This document shows, piece after piece, positions 37,656 to 50,432 of a stretch of 64,000 nucleotides of DNA; the stretch's first letter is position 1, and each line of letters starts with the position of its first letter. Below the pieces are notes generated by a model that saw only the letters and a program-made list of their open reading frames with translations, had not been told where the DNA came from and did not search any database. The stretch comes from Camelus dromedarius (taxonomy: Eukaryota): positions 10,170,001-10,234,000 of the forward strand of contig NC_087438.1 in assembly GCF_036321535.1 (NCBI RefSeq). Direction: 5' to 3'. Both the position numbers and the translations under genes were made by a program.

Positions 37656-40600
37656 GTGAGTCCCACGTGCGTGTTGCTCGTCACCGCTCCCACTGTTCAG
37701 AGAGGTGCGTGCTCCATTCTCTGGAAAACAACTCAACAGTAGCCTGAATTCCAAGTGGACAAAGTAGTGTAACATTAAAACCATGATCTTCCTCCTTATT
37801 TCCCTTTTGTGACCATCCTCGGTGCAGGGGTGAGAAGGTACGTGCTGTGAGTGAGGGGCTTTGTGTGGTGACGGTGGGGTTGGAGTGCCCAGTGGGCTGG
37901 GATGTTAGGATGTGGTGCCTGAGGTGGAAGTAAAGCAAGATTGGTGGAGGATTCTCATACCAAGACCCAGTCAAAGGGAAGGTCAGAAGTGGGGCTCAGT
38001 TCCTGGTGGTATATTTGTTTCTGTCTCCATGGTGAGCTATGGTTCTTTAAAAGTATTCTCTTGGTTTATAGCATGAATTGTGTGGGGCATTAAAAATCCT
38101 TGCCAGCTCATATGCCAAGACACCGAGTTTGAGAACCTTCATTCAATCGGAGACCCTACTCTCACCAACCAGGGAGACTTTTTAGTGTTGATGCTGGAGC
38201 ACTGGGAATAGGCAAAACTTTGTTTCCTGGACCGCCCCGAAGTGAGGAGCAGGTAATAGGAACTGGTCTGGTAATAGGAATTTAGAATCTTTGCTTCTGC
38301 TCTAGAAATGTATTTTGCAGGTTTGACTTATGCAGCTAGCGGACTGCTGGTGGAGGAACCACCCCCCATTAATTATTAAGATTATTTTTTGGCGAATAGA
38401 ATACTGCTCCACATAATCCAAGAATAGAGCCAGCCTGGAATAAGAGAGTGCTGTGTGCTGGGGGCTAGAGGGGTGCTCCCTGTGCGGAAAAGGTCATCCT
38501 CACTCTAGAAAGGCGTGCATGAGTGACGTGGGAGGGTGACAAGGGAGTTCCGTGGAGACTGAATGAGGATGTGTAGAAGGAAACTCGGTCATAATACAGG
38601 CCACAGAGTAACTGTGAGCAGCATGTTGTGCAAGAGATAATAGAAGGTGGTCAGCAGCAGCATAATGGATCCTAAAGGTTGAGGCAGATGTCACCGATCC
38701 CCCATAGCACGTGGTTGGTGGCACCCCTGACACCAACCAGGGAACAGTGTTGCCCTTTGGTGACCCCTCCTGGCCATGACGGATGAAAGTCAGCTTTGGC
38801 GCGGATGGTCTGACCTTCAGAGGAAGTGCTTGGGTTTTTCTGTTGGGTATCCTTTGTGGGAAGACTGTCACATTGTGTCATTGGTGGCAGAGCAATGGGC
38901 CTCTGCTTTAAATCTATGGAAAAGTTTCCCATTGCCTCTTACTCTGGTATTTTCTTGGACTTGAACTATGAAATCATAGAGGTGGAAAGAGTTTTAGAGG
39001 TTCCTTGCTACTCACTGTCATTTATAAGAGACAAGATAGCTGGTAGCCACAGCTTACTGAGTTCTTACCTATGTACCAGGTGCAGTGCTGATGATAGAAA
39101 AAGAAACAGGGGAATCCAAAGGATGATGTAAAAAGTAAATAAATCTCTGCCAATCAAAATGATGCTTGTCATATAGTTTAATGAAAAACAAGTCGAATTT
39201 CATCTGGGTAATCTTTTCAAAAACATTTGGTTGGAATTCTGTATGTAACTTTGGCAACTTGCTTTCTGGTTTGGAAATCCGTATTGATTGTAAATATAAA
39301 AAAATTACTTGCCCTTTCATTGATATTATTTAAAAAAATGGGCTCGGATGTATTTTGGATCATCTGGGTGGCCCACTTTAGAAACACACACACAACTTTG
39401 TCATGGGAAGTGTGGGTGTACTCAGAACTGTGAGGCTCCGGGGACCACACACCCACGTGCCGGTCATCCAGCTCCAGTGATGATCCCATTTTGCCAACCT
39501 GGTCTACTTTTCTCCAGAAATTATAGCAAATCCCAAACATCCCATCATGTCTCTCATAAATACTTCAGTGTGTAGAGTGACCCTCCAGCCGCTGAGCACA
39601 CCACTTCATTTCATTGCCTGGATTGACTTTTGTATTTACAATTTACAATTTCAAGTGACAGGAAGTGCCATTTTCTCTTCCTTGGTTAATGAGCAAATAA
39701 GAGAGGGGGGATTAATATGTAAACGATGCATCTGCCACGTGATATTGGAGGAAGATTTCACAGTGGTCCAAATAGAAGTGGCAGCAAAAAGAGTCCTCCC
39801 GGGTCCACCCGGGTCCTGCAGGGACTGACAGAGCCTGGCCGCCTCCTGGGAGCGCAGAGGTGGGAGCAGTCTGGTTTTCGCCAAACAGTGGGATCAGTTA
39901 ACAGCACCAGCAGATTAGTGGTGTGAACACGGAGGGACTTACTTTCTGAGTCTGATGATTTGTTGTTAGAGTTTCAGAGTGATGTGAACAGTCCTGGCAG
40001 GGAGGGTGGTCTGTGGGACCCCTTTCCCCGTCCCCTACTCCTGACGTTTTCTGTGACAAGAAGGTGGCTCTCGGGCTGTCCCTCAGCCAGGCAGCCGCAG
40101 GGCTGCACGTTCCTGGATGTAAAGTGTGCAGCCGGGCAGGTGTTGGGGGGCAGAGTCAGACGGACCGACCTGGGTACTTCATTTTATGACTTTTCTGATC
40201 TTTGAACTGTGCTAGTAATGTGTACGTCTCGGCTCATTGTGTTAAGGAAGACGATTTATGCTCACGCCCAGCACAGCGTCTGACTCACAGCAGCTGCCAC
40301 AAAAGTTACGCGGTAATGTCCCTCGTTCCCGCTCACTCCTAGCTTTCCTTCAGCGGTTGTCCTGTTGCCATGTGTCTTCGAGCCAGGTCGTCGTGTCTGT
40401 TTTCTTCTGTGTGGCCTCCTGATTGCCTTTTAACATGTGGCCCTCCAGGTTAGACTTTAGTGTGATGGGCGCAGTGGTGACCAGTATGAGTATTGTTATT
40501 TGGGCCACTTTCCTTTCCCCTCTCTCTTCCTTTGAAAGAAAACAATTTGAGTAATAGACTGATTTTCATACGATTCATGTGCAGGGAAACTTCCCACTAA

Positions 40601-41598
40601 ATGTGTGTCCGATAAGTCACAGCAGCACTTCTCGCTGGTCTAATTGGGATTCCTGCCCAGAGATGACAATCACGTTAGTCGTGGTACCTCTCTAGGTGTT
40701 TATTGCCCTTATTGCTCGAATGATACTAATTACCTCGTAGAACATTTTGCCTTCTTTAGAATGCTTTGTAGTAGCTAGATGGATGAACCACTGACTCTCC
40801 TTTGTCAGATGAAATACGTGAAACTTTGAATTGATTCATTCATGAACTTTCATATTAAAAGTTACTTTCTTCATTGAGGAACTGAGGAAAGGAGAGTTTA
40901 TCTTTTTTAGGGACCTGTATTGAAAAAAGACCTTAGTTTTATATAATTAAAAAAAATTAACAGCTAAAACAGCTTCATTTTGAAGCTCTTGGATAGAACT
41001 GCTAACATACCCAGTTAGTATGTCACATTTGGCCAGTGAGCACCGTCTTGAAGGAGGTGGCAGGGCTTTGAGCTTCTGCTGGCAGCCATATGTTCATCAA
41101 AAAAGATGAACTGGATTTGGGAATGTTTGCAAATCACTGCTTTCTTAATGATGCCTAGCTTTTAACTGGATAAAGACAGGCGGGTTGAAAGGACGTGCAC
41201 TCCCATCCCAGCTGGTGTGCTGTTTGTGTTACTTGGAGGTCACTGGGTGGTAAAAATTGGATCCTGGAGGCAGGTGAATAGTTAATCTTTCTGTAAACAG
41301 TGCAAGCTCCAGGCACTGTGTGCTTGTGTCTTTCCCCACCTTGTTCCTCCTGTTAAGCCTGGAGTTACCCAGGGTTCCTTTTAAGCCCCTGTCAAGTGGA
41401 GGGGCTTTGCAGTTTTATGTATACACTGTGTAGGGCTGTGTGAGGAGAAAGACAGGCCTGGGGAATCTACCTTGATAAAATGAAGACCTGTGCAGTCTCC
41501 CAAACAGCAACTGGTGCAGCCTGTTGCTGCGGTTTGACAGTCTCCTGTCTGGTGGGTAGCAGCCGAATGTGCAAGTCTGGAGCAGAATGTCTCGGCCG

Positions 41599-42053
41599 GC
41601 ATAAAAACGAATGAAATCATGCCATTTGCAGCAACATGGGTGGACCTGGAGATCGTCATACTAAGAGAAGTAAGTCAGACAGAGAAAGACAAATACATGG
41701 TGTCACTTACATGTGGAATCTTTAAAAAAAAAAAAGACACAAATGAACTTATTTACACAACAGAAACAGACTCACAGACAGAAAACTGACTTATAATTAC
41801 CAAAGGGGAAAGGAGGGGGGATAAATTAGGAATTTGGGATTGGCAGATAATAAACTACTATGTACAGAATTAGATGAACAATAAGGTCCTACTGTATAGC
41901 ACAGGGAGCTATATTCAATAGCTTGTAATAAACTGTAATTAAAAAGAATATATACATACGTATAACTGAATCACTACGCTGTACACCAGAGACTCACACA
42001 GCATGGTAAATCAACTATATTTCAACTAAAAAAAAAAAAAAAAAAAGAGAGAG
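41599..42053 (+). mobile_element. 5'-truncated LINE-1 3' end (artiodactyl type) with poly(A)
   Basis: atgccatttgcagcaacatgg...cagaaacagactcacagac...ctgtatagcacaggg...A-tail near 42028-42046. Degenerate TSD agaatgtctcggccg (41584-98) / agagtgccttggctg (42054-68). Confidence 0.9.
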
Positions 42054-42784
42054 AGAGTGCCTTGGCTGAGCAGCAGACGTCCTCCTGGTCGGGCTGGTCT
42101 AGCCCCGAGGACCTCAGCAGCCCAGAAATTTCTACTGAGTGGACTCTTGTGGAATTGTAAACTCCACCAGAGCCTCAGGAAGTCCAGAATGCTTACTTTC
42201 AGTGAGTGAGGCGATTGTAGGAAATGTCTCTGGGAGTGCCCCAGCTGTGTCTAAGGATTTGTGAAGGAGGCCTGAGACATTCCCTGGGTCATGGCCCAGG
42301 CCCTTCCTGGAGGCAAGAGAGGCGACAGCATGAGGAGTGTGGAGCCAGGTGTAACTCTTTGTGAGTTCACATTCACGTAGGAGTGGTTAACAGAAGTGAA
42401 GCACATGGCAACTTTCCACGTTGGAGGGAGAAGCCAGGCTGTTGGATCGTCTTGTTTTTCCTTGGGACTTCAACACTGTGTTGTCAGGACTGCGAGCTGC
42501 CATCTACTCAGGTTCTGTTCTCACAGACTTTTTCGAAATATTTTTGTGACATGCCTCCTACACTGATGTAATTCTTATAGGAACTTGGAACGTCAGTTAC
42601 TGTGATGATATATGTATGAATCAAGATAAGGAAAAGAATGGTGTGTGTGCAGTGTGGGATTGGAGAGGGCGGAGGAGCCAGCTCATGCAAGAGAGCGTGA
42701 AATTGGTTTTAATTTTGGCTTAAATTTAGGGGAGACTTGTTTTTTTTCCTGTCTATAAGGACTCAATTGAAATTTTTTAGTAAA

Positions 42785-42857
42785 AAATTTTGGAAGTGTA
42801 ATTGATTTACAATGTTGTGTTAGTTTCAGATGTACAGCAAAGTGATTCAGTTTTATA

Positions 42858-42927
<70 letters not shown>

Positions 42928-44082
42928 TTCAGACTATTTTCCATTGTAGGTTATTATACAATATTGAATGTAGCTCCATGTGCTATACAGTAAATCCTTG
43001 TTGTTTAGTAATGTGTATCTGTTAATCTCAGACTCCTACTAGATCTCTCCCCACCTTTTCCCATTTGTAACCATAAGTTAGTTTTCTGTGTCTGTGAGTC
43101 TGTTTCTGATTTTGTATATAGATTCATTTGTATTACTTTTTAGATTCCACATACAAGTTGATATCATATGACATTTGTCTTTCTCTGACTTACTTCACTT
43201 AGTATGATATTCTCTAGGTCCATCCATGTTGTGATACTTCTTTATTTTTACGGCTGAGTAATACTCCATTGTGTATATATACCACATCTTTTTAACCCAG
43301 TTGTTTGCTGATGGGCACTTGGGCTGTCTCCATGTCTGAGCTATTGTAAACAGTGCTGCTGTGAACATTGGGGAGCAGGTATCTTTTCAAATTAGAATTT
43401 TCATTTTCTCCAGATATATGCTTAGGAATGGGACTGCAGCATCATATGGTAGCTGTATTTTAGTTTCTTTAAAGGAACCTCCATACTGTTCTTCATAATG
43501 ACTACACCAGTTTGCATTCCTACCAACAGTGTAAGAGGGTTCCCTCTCCACACCCTCTCCAGCATTGACTATTTGTGAACTTTCTGATGGTGGCCATTCT
43601 GACCGGTTCGAGGTGATAGCTCACTCGATGTGGTTTTGATTTGCTTTCCTCTAGTGATGAACAGTGTTGGGCGTCTTTTCACAGGCTTATTGGCACCTGT
43701 ATGTCTTCTTGGGAGAGATGTCTGTTTAATTTTTTTAATTGGATTTTTTTTTTATTGAGTTGTATGAGCTGTTTGTATATTTTGGATATTCGCCCCTTGT
43801 TGGTCTCATCATTTGCAAATATTTTCTCCCATTCCATAGGTTGGCTTTTTGTTTTGTTTATGATTTTCTTTGCTGTGCAAAACTTATAAGTTTAATTAGG
43901 TCCCACTTGTTTATTTTTGCTTTTGTTTCTTTTGTCTTGGGAGACTGAACTAAGAAAATACTACTACAATTTGTGTCGGAGGATGTTCTGCCTGTGTTCT
44001 CTTCTAGGAGTTTTTTGGCGTCATGTCTTACATTTAGGTCTTTAAACCATTTTGAGTTTATTTTTGTGTATGGTGTGAGGGA
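42785..44082 (-). mobile_element. 5'-truncated LINE-1 (ORF2 C-terminal region plus 3' UTR)
   Basis: gatttacaatgttgtgttagtttcag; ttagattccacata; aggaacctccatactgtt; tttaattaggtcccacttgtttatttttgc are antisense L1 hallmarks. Confidence 0.92.
42854..42924. repeat. (TA)n microsatellite (about 35 units, one C interruption) inside the L1 3' UTR
   Basis: Read directly; it explains the YIYIYI ORF. Confidence 0.95.
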
Positions 44083-44153
44083 AGACTGGATTTTTCACCC
44101 ATGTTTATGGGCACTTTTACTCTCGGTTTTTCTTTATTGCAGAAGTGCTTTAT

Positions 44154-44598
44154 GGTGTAAATGGTGTAAGGGAGTGATCTAGCTTCATTGATTTACATGC
44201 TGCTGTCCAGTTTTCCCAACACCATTTACTGAAGAGACTGTCTTTATTCCATTGTATATTCTTGCCTCCTTTGTCGAAGATTAGTTGACCAAAAGTTTGT
44301 GGGTTCAGGACAGAAATAGACTCAGAGACAGAGAATACAGACTTGTGGTTGCCAGGGGGGTGGAGGGTGGGAAGGGATAGACTGGGATTTCAAAATTGTA
44401 GAATAAATAAACAAGATTACACTGTATAGCACAGGGAAATATACATAAAATGTTATGATAACTCACAGAGAAAAAAATGTGACAATGAGTGTGTATATGT
44501 CCATGAATGAGAAATTGTGCTGAACACTGGAATTTGACACAACATTGTAAAATGATTATAAATCAATAAAAAATGTTAAAAAATACTGAGAAAAAAAA
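44154..44598 (+). mobile_element. Camelid-type LINE-1 with 5' inversion (inverted segment about 44154-44307, sense 3' end about 44308-44598)
   Basis: Antisense ORF2 piece fused to a sense 3' UTR with AATAAA and A-tail. 13-bp TSD AGAAGT(G/A)CTTTAT at 44141-53 and 44599-611. Confidence 0.85.
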
Positions 44599-45554
44599 AG
44601 AAGTACTTTATATATATTTCCTGTGGACTTGGAGGTTGAGATTTTATAAAGTTAATTATTTTTATTTCTTCATCAAGGACATTCTTAAGAGAAACTGGCT
44701 CTTTCGTTTGTTTCGACAGCTAGAATGTGGAGAGGAAGAATACAGTGACCCCTAGCACTGCCTTGACCTGTGCTAAGGGCCAGCAGTGTTCACCATGGCC
44801 TCTGCACCCTCAGTGCAACTGGCTGAAAAAGGCAAATAAGTCTCAGTGTTACTGTGAAGATAGACTTACCCCCAGACCCCGCCGGAAGCTTGCCAAGGCG
44901 CTCTGTGGGCTGGTGCACCACATTGGAGAGTCCCTGAGATAGCTCAGGACCCAGACTGTTAGTCTAAGGGAATAAAATGGGACATTCAGAAGCTCCCACT
45001 CTCGCCAGCAGGCCGGTGGGGGTGGATTCAGCTTGTGATTCTAAAGTCCCAGTGACTGCCCCTCTCCTTTCCCTGGGCTCTGTGGGGGCCGTTGGGGTCT
45101 CTCCCCATTTAGTGCTTGCCAAAGACCTTTGCCCTAATAGTTATTAGACAGTGTGTGTGATCAGTTAATGCACAAAAGACCAGAGAAATGAACAAGGATG
45201 GTCATTGCTTTTCTCTAAAGAGAAGACAAAGATGCAAAATCGTAGCCACAGAAAAAAGTTAAAGGTTTTTGAGGTTGAACCTTGTGCATGTATAGTCAGT
45301 CTATCCTGTCAAGGTACTGGGGAGAGTGAGAAAGAGTTCTATTTTACGATAAGACCTGAGCTCTTCCTGTAATGATTTTGTGTCCTCCAGCTCCTTCTGC
45401 ACGAGTGCCCATCAGCCAGGCGGTGGGTGGAGGGAGGGAGGTCCCCAGGGACAGCAGGATGATGGAAGCAGAGTCAGCCTCGCCCAGCAGGACTCCAACC
45501 ATAAATAATGGCAAGAGATTGCATGGTTCAAACCTGTTTTTCCTTTTTCTCTAG

Positions 45555-45747
45555 TGAAGAAGTGTGCAAGCGAGGATTCACGGTGATTGTGGACATGCGT
45601 GGGTCCAAGTGGGACTCCATCAAGCCTCTGCTGAAGATTTTACAAGAGTCCTTCCCCTGCTGCATTCACGTTGCACTGATAATCAAGCCAGACAACTTTT
45701 GGCAGAAACAGAGGACTAATTTTGGCAGTTCTAAATTTGAATTTGAG
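45555..45747 (+). CDS. TRIO: TRIO coding exon 4 (193 nt, phase 2-0): (S)EEVCKRGFTVIVDMRGSKWDSIKPLLKILQESFPCCIHVALIIKPDNFWQKQRTNFGSSKFEFE
   Basis: Acceptor tcctttttctctAG (45553-54), donor GTaact (45748). Lies within ORF 45508..45777. Confidence 0.97.
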
Positions 45748-47998
45748 GTAACTTTCTTGGGTAGCCAGACCAACTAAACCAATAGATGTGCCTTATTAAA
45801 AGTTGACTTTTTTCTCATCATTTTGGGCTGGTAATAGATTTTTAAAAACCACATATTCAACAGGAATTGCACATCTTCTGTACATACGACATGTCAAATT
45901 AGTTGTGTGAAATTGTTGAGCTGGCTTTGCTGACCGCCTTCTCCCGGTGGGTGTTTTGCCCACGGTGGGTTTTGGTTCCAGCTCTGTCTCTGGGAGGTGG
46001 GGCTGCTGAGGTATAAGGCACGCGTCTTAGGGAGAGAAGTCTGTTGCCTTTCACTTCACGTGATAAAATAGCGCATGTGGCTTTACGTAGCTTCAGAGTC
46101 ATCGTGGTTACCTCAGCCTTGGAAATAAGGGAATATTAGGGAGAAATGCCCCACTTCAGACTTCCTGAGGAAGATGTGTGGAAGAGAGTGACTTTTCATC
46201 CTGTCCTTGATACTGGAGAGGATGACCTGCCATGCGTTTCACAGCTCAGATCTCTCATTCATGAAAAGGGAGAGATTCCTGTAAAACCTCTGCAGAGTCC
46301 TGGATTCAGTTGACACACAAGGTTGCTGTATTTCAGACAGTGTATAAAACGACCCTCAGCCCACTGACTTCCTCTCCTTTCTGCTGGAACCTCCCGTCCT
46401 CCTGCTCCCAGGGTTCTGACAAGGCTTGATGCAGTTAGTTTCAGGAGCTGGTTAAGGGAAGAAAGTCCTCTGGCCAGCTGGAAACTTGATTCATGCCATA
46501 TTCTGTAATAACATTTACATATTTTCTAATAATGACTTACAATAATTTTTAGTTGAATAGATTGCTTCTTCTAGTCACTTTGCCCAAATACTAGGTTTCA
46601 GTGAATGTAGTCATGTATTTGAAGGTAAAGAATAGTAATAGTATTAAACATACCACACAGTATTAAAATTTCTTAAACTTTATGTTACATGTTACACTTT
46701 TCAAAGTCTTTTCACAAGTATATTACTTGCATTTTGAAGTCTTGTTCCATGGTACTGATTTTCAACCTGAAATCTGAATTTAGTTTGAATTTGAATTTGA
46801 AACAACACTTGAGGTTTAGGTGAAAGGTGAAACCAGTAAGTCTTAACTGTATACACAATAAGAAGTGATGTTGAAGGACAGTTTATTGGGGGTTAGTTAT
46901 TTTCTTGCTGCAGAATATGAAGTGTGTTGGTTTAATTACACTTTTAATTACATATTGTAAACAGGAATAATGGTTCGATGATACAATGTATGCGTTTTTG
47001 CTAGTTTTTTGCTAGTCTGATTGTGCTCTCTCCCTCCGAGCCTTAAAGTCACCTGCACTGGGGTTTCTGTTGAACTTGTCTCTGCATCATTACCAGCTTC
47101 TCTCTGAGGTGGTTGCCTCACTGGACATTATGAAAATGTGGGCACATGAGGCAGGAATGAACCTGCAGTCACATTTTAGGCAGAAGTGCTGGACCAGGAA
47201 CAGCCCCTCTTTCTAGCTCTGCTGCCTTTTGCCATTTCTAATGCCAGACAGCACAGAGATGCAGTTCTGGGTTTCGATAAGGCCGGAGGTGACAGAACTG
47301 GGGCCAGACCAGCCTTCCTGCGGTTTTTCTTTTGGTTCTAGGCCACACATCTTTCCCCTTTACCTCTGTCTTCATATTTAACACCACCCCCTTCTGTTTC
47401 CCTTGAGTCCTAAGAATAATACTAGCCCTACATCACCTTCTGGTAGGATGAGATTAAGATTTCTTGCTTAGGCTGTCGCTGCAGAACTTTGTCGCTGTCA
47501 GGTTGGGATGCAGTGCAGACGCTGCAGGGCACGCGTGCTGCTCAGAATCGCTGTGGGTTACTGCAGTGGATGCAACCTCCCCCTCTCCAACTTTGTGAAA
47601 AGAGCTTCTGCCAGCTTTCTTGCTAACCCTAGTGTATTTTCTAAATTTTTAAAAAGCCATTCATATTCTAATGTGCCTACAATAGTGGGTTAATTTCCGC
47701 ATTCTTGGAAAGAAAACTAAGTTCTTTGGCTCTCATTAAATGCACACGGGTCTATAATCTCAGTTATTGCAACCAGCGCACACGTGTTGCTCTAAGGGAG
47801 TTATCCTTCCCTGACTGCACTAATGCTTCTTTCACTTACATTTGTTTCTATGGGGCCAGAGCAAGGTATGTTATGTCTTTTATAAATGGATTTTAAGTTT
47901 TAAGTTTGAAGATCTGTGCTTAAGCATTGCAAACTGCATTATGATAAGATTGTTTAAAATTGGTTCATCTTCTCATATGTGATTTTTTTTCCCTTAAG

Positions 47999-48511
47999 AC
48001 AAATATGGTCTCTTTAGAAGGCCTTACCAAAGTAGTTGATCCTTCTCAACTCACTCCCGAGTTTGATGGCTGCCTGGAATACAACCATGAAGAATGGATT
48101 GAAATCAGAGTTGCTTTTGAAGACTACATTAGCAGTGCAACCCACATGCTCTCTCGACTGGAGGAACTTCAGGACATCCTCGCTAAGAAGGAGCTGCCTC
48201 AGGATTTAGAGGGGGCTCGAAATATGATCGAGGAACATTCCCAGCTGAAGAAGAAGGTGATCAAGGCCCCCATCGAGGACTTGGATTTAGAGGGACAAAA
48301 GCTGCTGCAGAGGATTCAGAGCAGTGACAGCTTTCCCAAAAAGAACTCGGGGTCGGGCAATGCAGACCTGCAGAGCCTCTTGCCCAAGGTGTCCGCCATG
48401 CTGGACAGGCTGCACTCGACGCGCCAGCACCTGCATCAGATGTGGCATGTGAGGAAGCTGAAGCTTGACCAGTGCTTTCAGCTCAGGCTGTTCGAACAGG
48501 ATGCTGAGAAG
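47999..48511 (+). CDS. TRIO: TRIO coding exon 5 (513 nt, phase 0-0): TNMVSLEGLTKVVDPSQLTPEFDG...DQCFQLRLFEQDAEK, end of Sec14 and first spectrin repeat
   Basis: Acceptor ttttttttcccttaAG (47997-98), donor GTaaaa (48512). Lies within ORF 47960..48763. Confidence 0.97.
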
Positions 48512-48949
48512 GTAAAACATGGGGGAGGGCTGCCAAGAGGAGACAGGGGAGGGGGTCTTCCTGGAGCACAGGGTCCCAGCACCAAGGCTGGTTGGGTCCG
48601 GAGAAAGGGCAGAGAAACAGGACTGGGGGAGGGCGAGCTTCTCCCCCGGCACTGGCTAGAGACCAGCAGTGTCGGCTCAGAGATCTCCCCTCTGTCTGCT
48701 TTCCGGTTTTATTCACTGTGCAGTGCAGTGATCTTCTGGAAACTTCGAGTTATTAATTACTGATAGTTTGGTTGAGAATGCCTGTGAGATAGATGAGAAT
48801 GATACCTTTAGTTAAAAGAGTGAAAATTCTGTAAGAGATAGTATTGAAAGTGACGATCATGTATGTTAGTATTTTTCTGACAACTGCTCTTTAACTCATT
48901 AAAACTGGTGAGAAAACACTGTTTAGATCTTTTATTGAGTACGTTTTTA

Positions 48950-49114
48950 TCTATTTATTTGTTTGTTTATTTATTTTTAGGTTTTTTTTTTTTTTGGTGG
49001 GAGGAGGAAATTAAGTTTATTTATTTATACTTTTTAAGGGAGGTATTGGGGATTGAACCCAGGGCCTCATGCATGCGAGGCACACGCTTTACCACTGAGC
49101 TATACCCTCCCCTC
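48950..49114 (-). mobile_element. tRNA-derived SINE (camelid Vic-1-like) with TSD
   Basis: Minus strand gives GGGGAGGGTATAGCTCAGTGGTAAAGCG...GGGTTCAATCCCCAATACCTCC and an (AAAT)n tail. TSD ttgagt(ac/ct)gttttta at 48935-49 and 49115-29. Confidence 0.9.
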
Positions 49115-49508
49115 TTGAGTCTGTTTTTAAAACAAAAGCTGAATAATGCATTAAAAAGAATAGCTTTTGGAAAATACAGGCAGTGATTACTCATGGTTTC
49201 ATGTTTGTGCTCCAGACAAACCAGCTGGGCAGAGTGAATCTTGCCAGTTACTGGCTGCGTCTCAGCAGGTGTGGGAGCAGGCGCTTGCTAGAGGAGGGTG
49301 TTGCAAGCCATGCACCTGGGTGAATTCATCCCTCTTAACTTGAGCTCACTGAATTTTTTTCATGGACAGGAAAATATTTTGTAGAATAAAGTTAAAAAAA
49401 ACTACATTAAAAATCTTTGATACAGAAGGACCTTTTGAAAGGTGACAGTTCAGTACTGTTATTTGGTAAGCTTTTAACCTCTCTGCCAGTGTATTTATGT
49501 TCAAAGAG

Positions 49509-49837
49509 CAGGTGATCCTTGAACCACGTGGGTTGGGGCGCTGACATGCGCATGTACTGGTAGGAAATCCCGGTACTGCTTGCTGTCTCTGCCTCAGAAA
49601 CCAAGGAGCTGATAAATGGCTCACCCAAGGGCAGGAAGCTGAGCTAGAGAGTCAGGACTCCAACCCTAGTTCTTCTGATTTCTGTATGTTGTGATCTCTA
49701 GTTGAACACAACTTTTCCTCACACTTAGTTAATTTAAAGATGTGTAAAATGAAAATGTGGGTAATAAATTTATTGAAAAACATCTGCATATGAGTGGACC
49801 CATGCGGTTCAAACCAGTGTTGTTCAAGGTTCAAGTG
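49509..49837 (-). mobile_element. Tigger2-family non-autonomous element (Tigger2a_Art-like)
   Basis: Inverted termini caggtgatccttgaaccac and gtgttgttcaaggttcaagtg; subterminal ttattgaaaaacatctgcatatgagtggacccatgcggttcaaacc. Confidence 0.8.
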
Positions 49838-50261
49838 CAGTGGCTTGTCAGAGACACTGGGAAGTCTTCCTTTCAGCTGCCAGACAAGCAGGTGACTGTC
49901 TCTGGGATTCTGGTTCACATCACGGTAACAGTGCTAATTGGTAGTCATTTCTTTTTCCTTAAATATCTTCCTGGAACGGTGTAATTAGCATCCTTTTCCA
50001 GGGAGCACCTGTATTGACTCTTAAGAGAGATGTCATTGTTAAATTTTTACCCAATTCTTTTAACTTTTACGATAAATTTTATTATTTGCATGTGCACTTT
50101 TTTTTTTTTAAATACTTCTTGCACTAAAGAGTGTAATCTTTTAGTGATTAGAATTGTTGGCAATAATCTTTGGGCAAAGCGGAAGCCATCCAATGAGACC
50201 TGTAAGTCCCTTATTTCACCTAACGGGTCTTTAATTGAAGAGCAGTGTGGCCAGTTCGGTA

Positions 50262-50432
50262 GTTCAGTATAGCAGAGAGGCCAGGTTGAGAGTCAGAAGA
50301 TTAGAGTTTTAATTAGCCTGCAGGGTTTGAATACCTCTCTTCACATACCTGCTCCTTAGTTCCTCATCTGTCAAAGGAGCACATTAGATGAGATTTTCTT
50401 GTGGATCCTGTAAGTTCAGAACTGCTGACTTC
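50262..50432 (+). mobile_element. MIR/MIR3 fragment
   Basis: gagagtcagaagattagagttt...ccttagttcctcatctgtcaaaggag...tagatgag. Confidence 0.55.

Noticed and set aside
42802..42993. ORF with YI dipeptide repeat
   Set aside because: It is a translation of the (TA)n microsatellite in an antisense L1 3' UTR.
47960..48763. 267-aa ORF as a stand-alone gene
   Set aside because: It is exon 5 plus intronic read-through on both sides; TRIO similarity stops exactly at the AG/GT sites.
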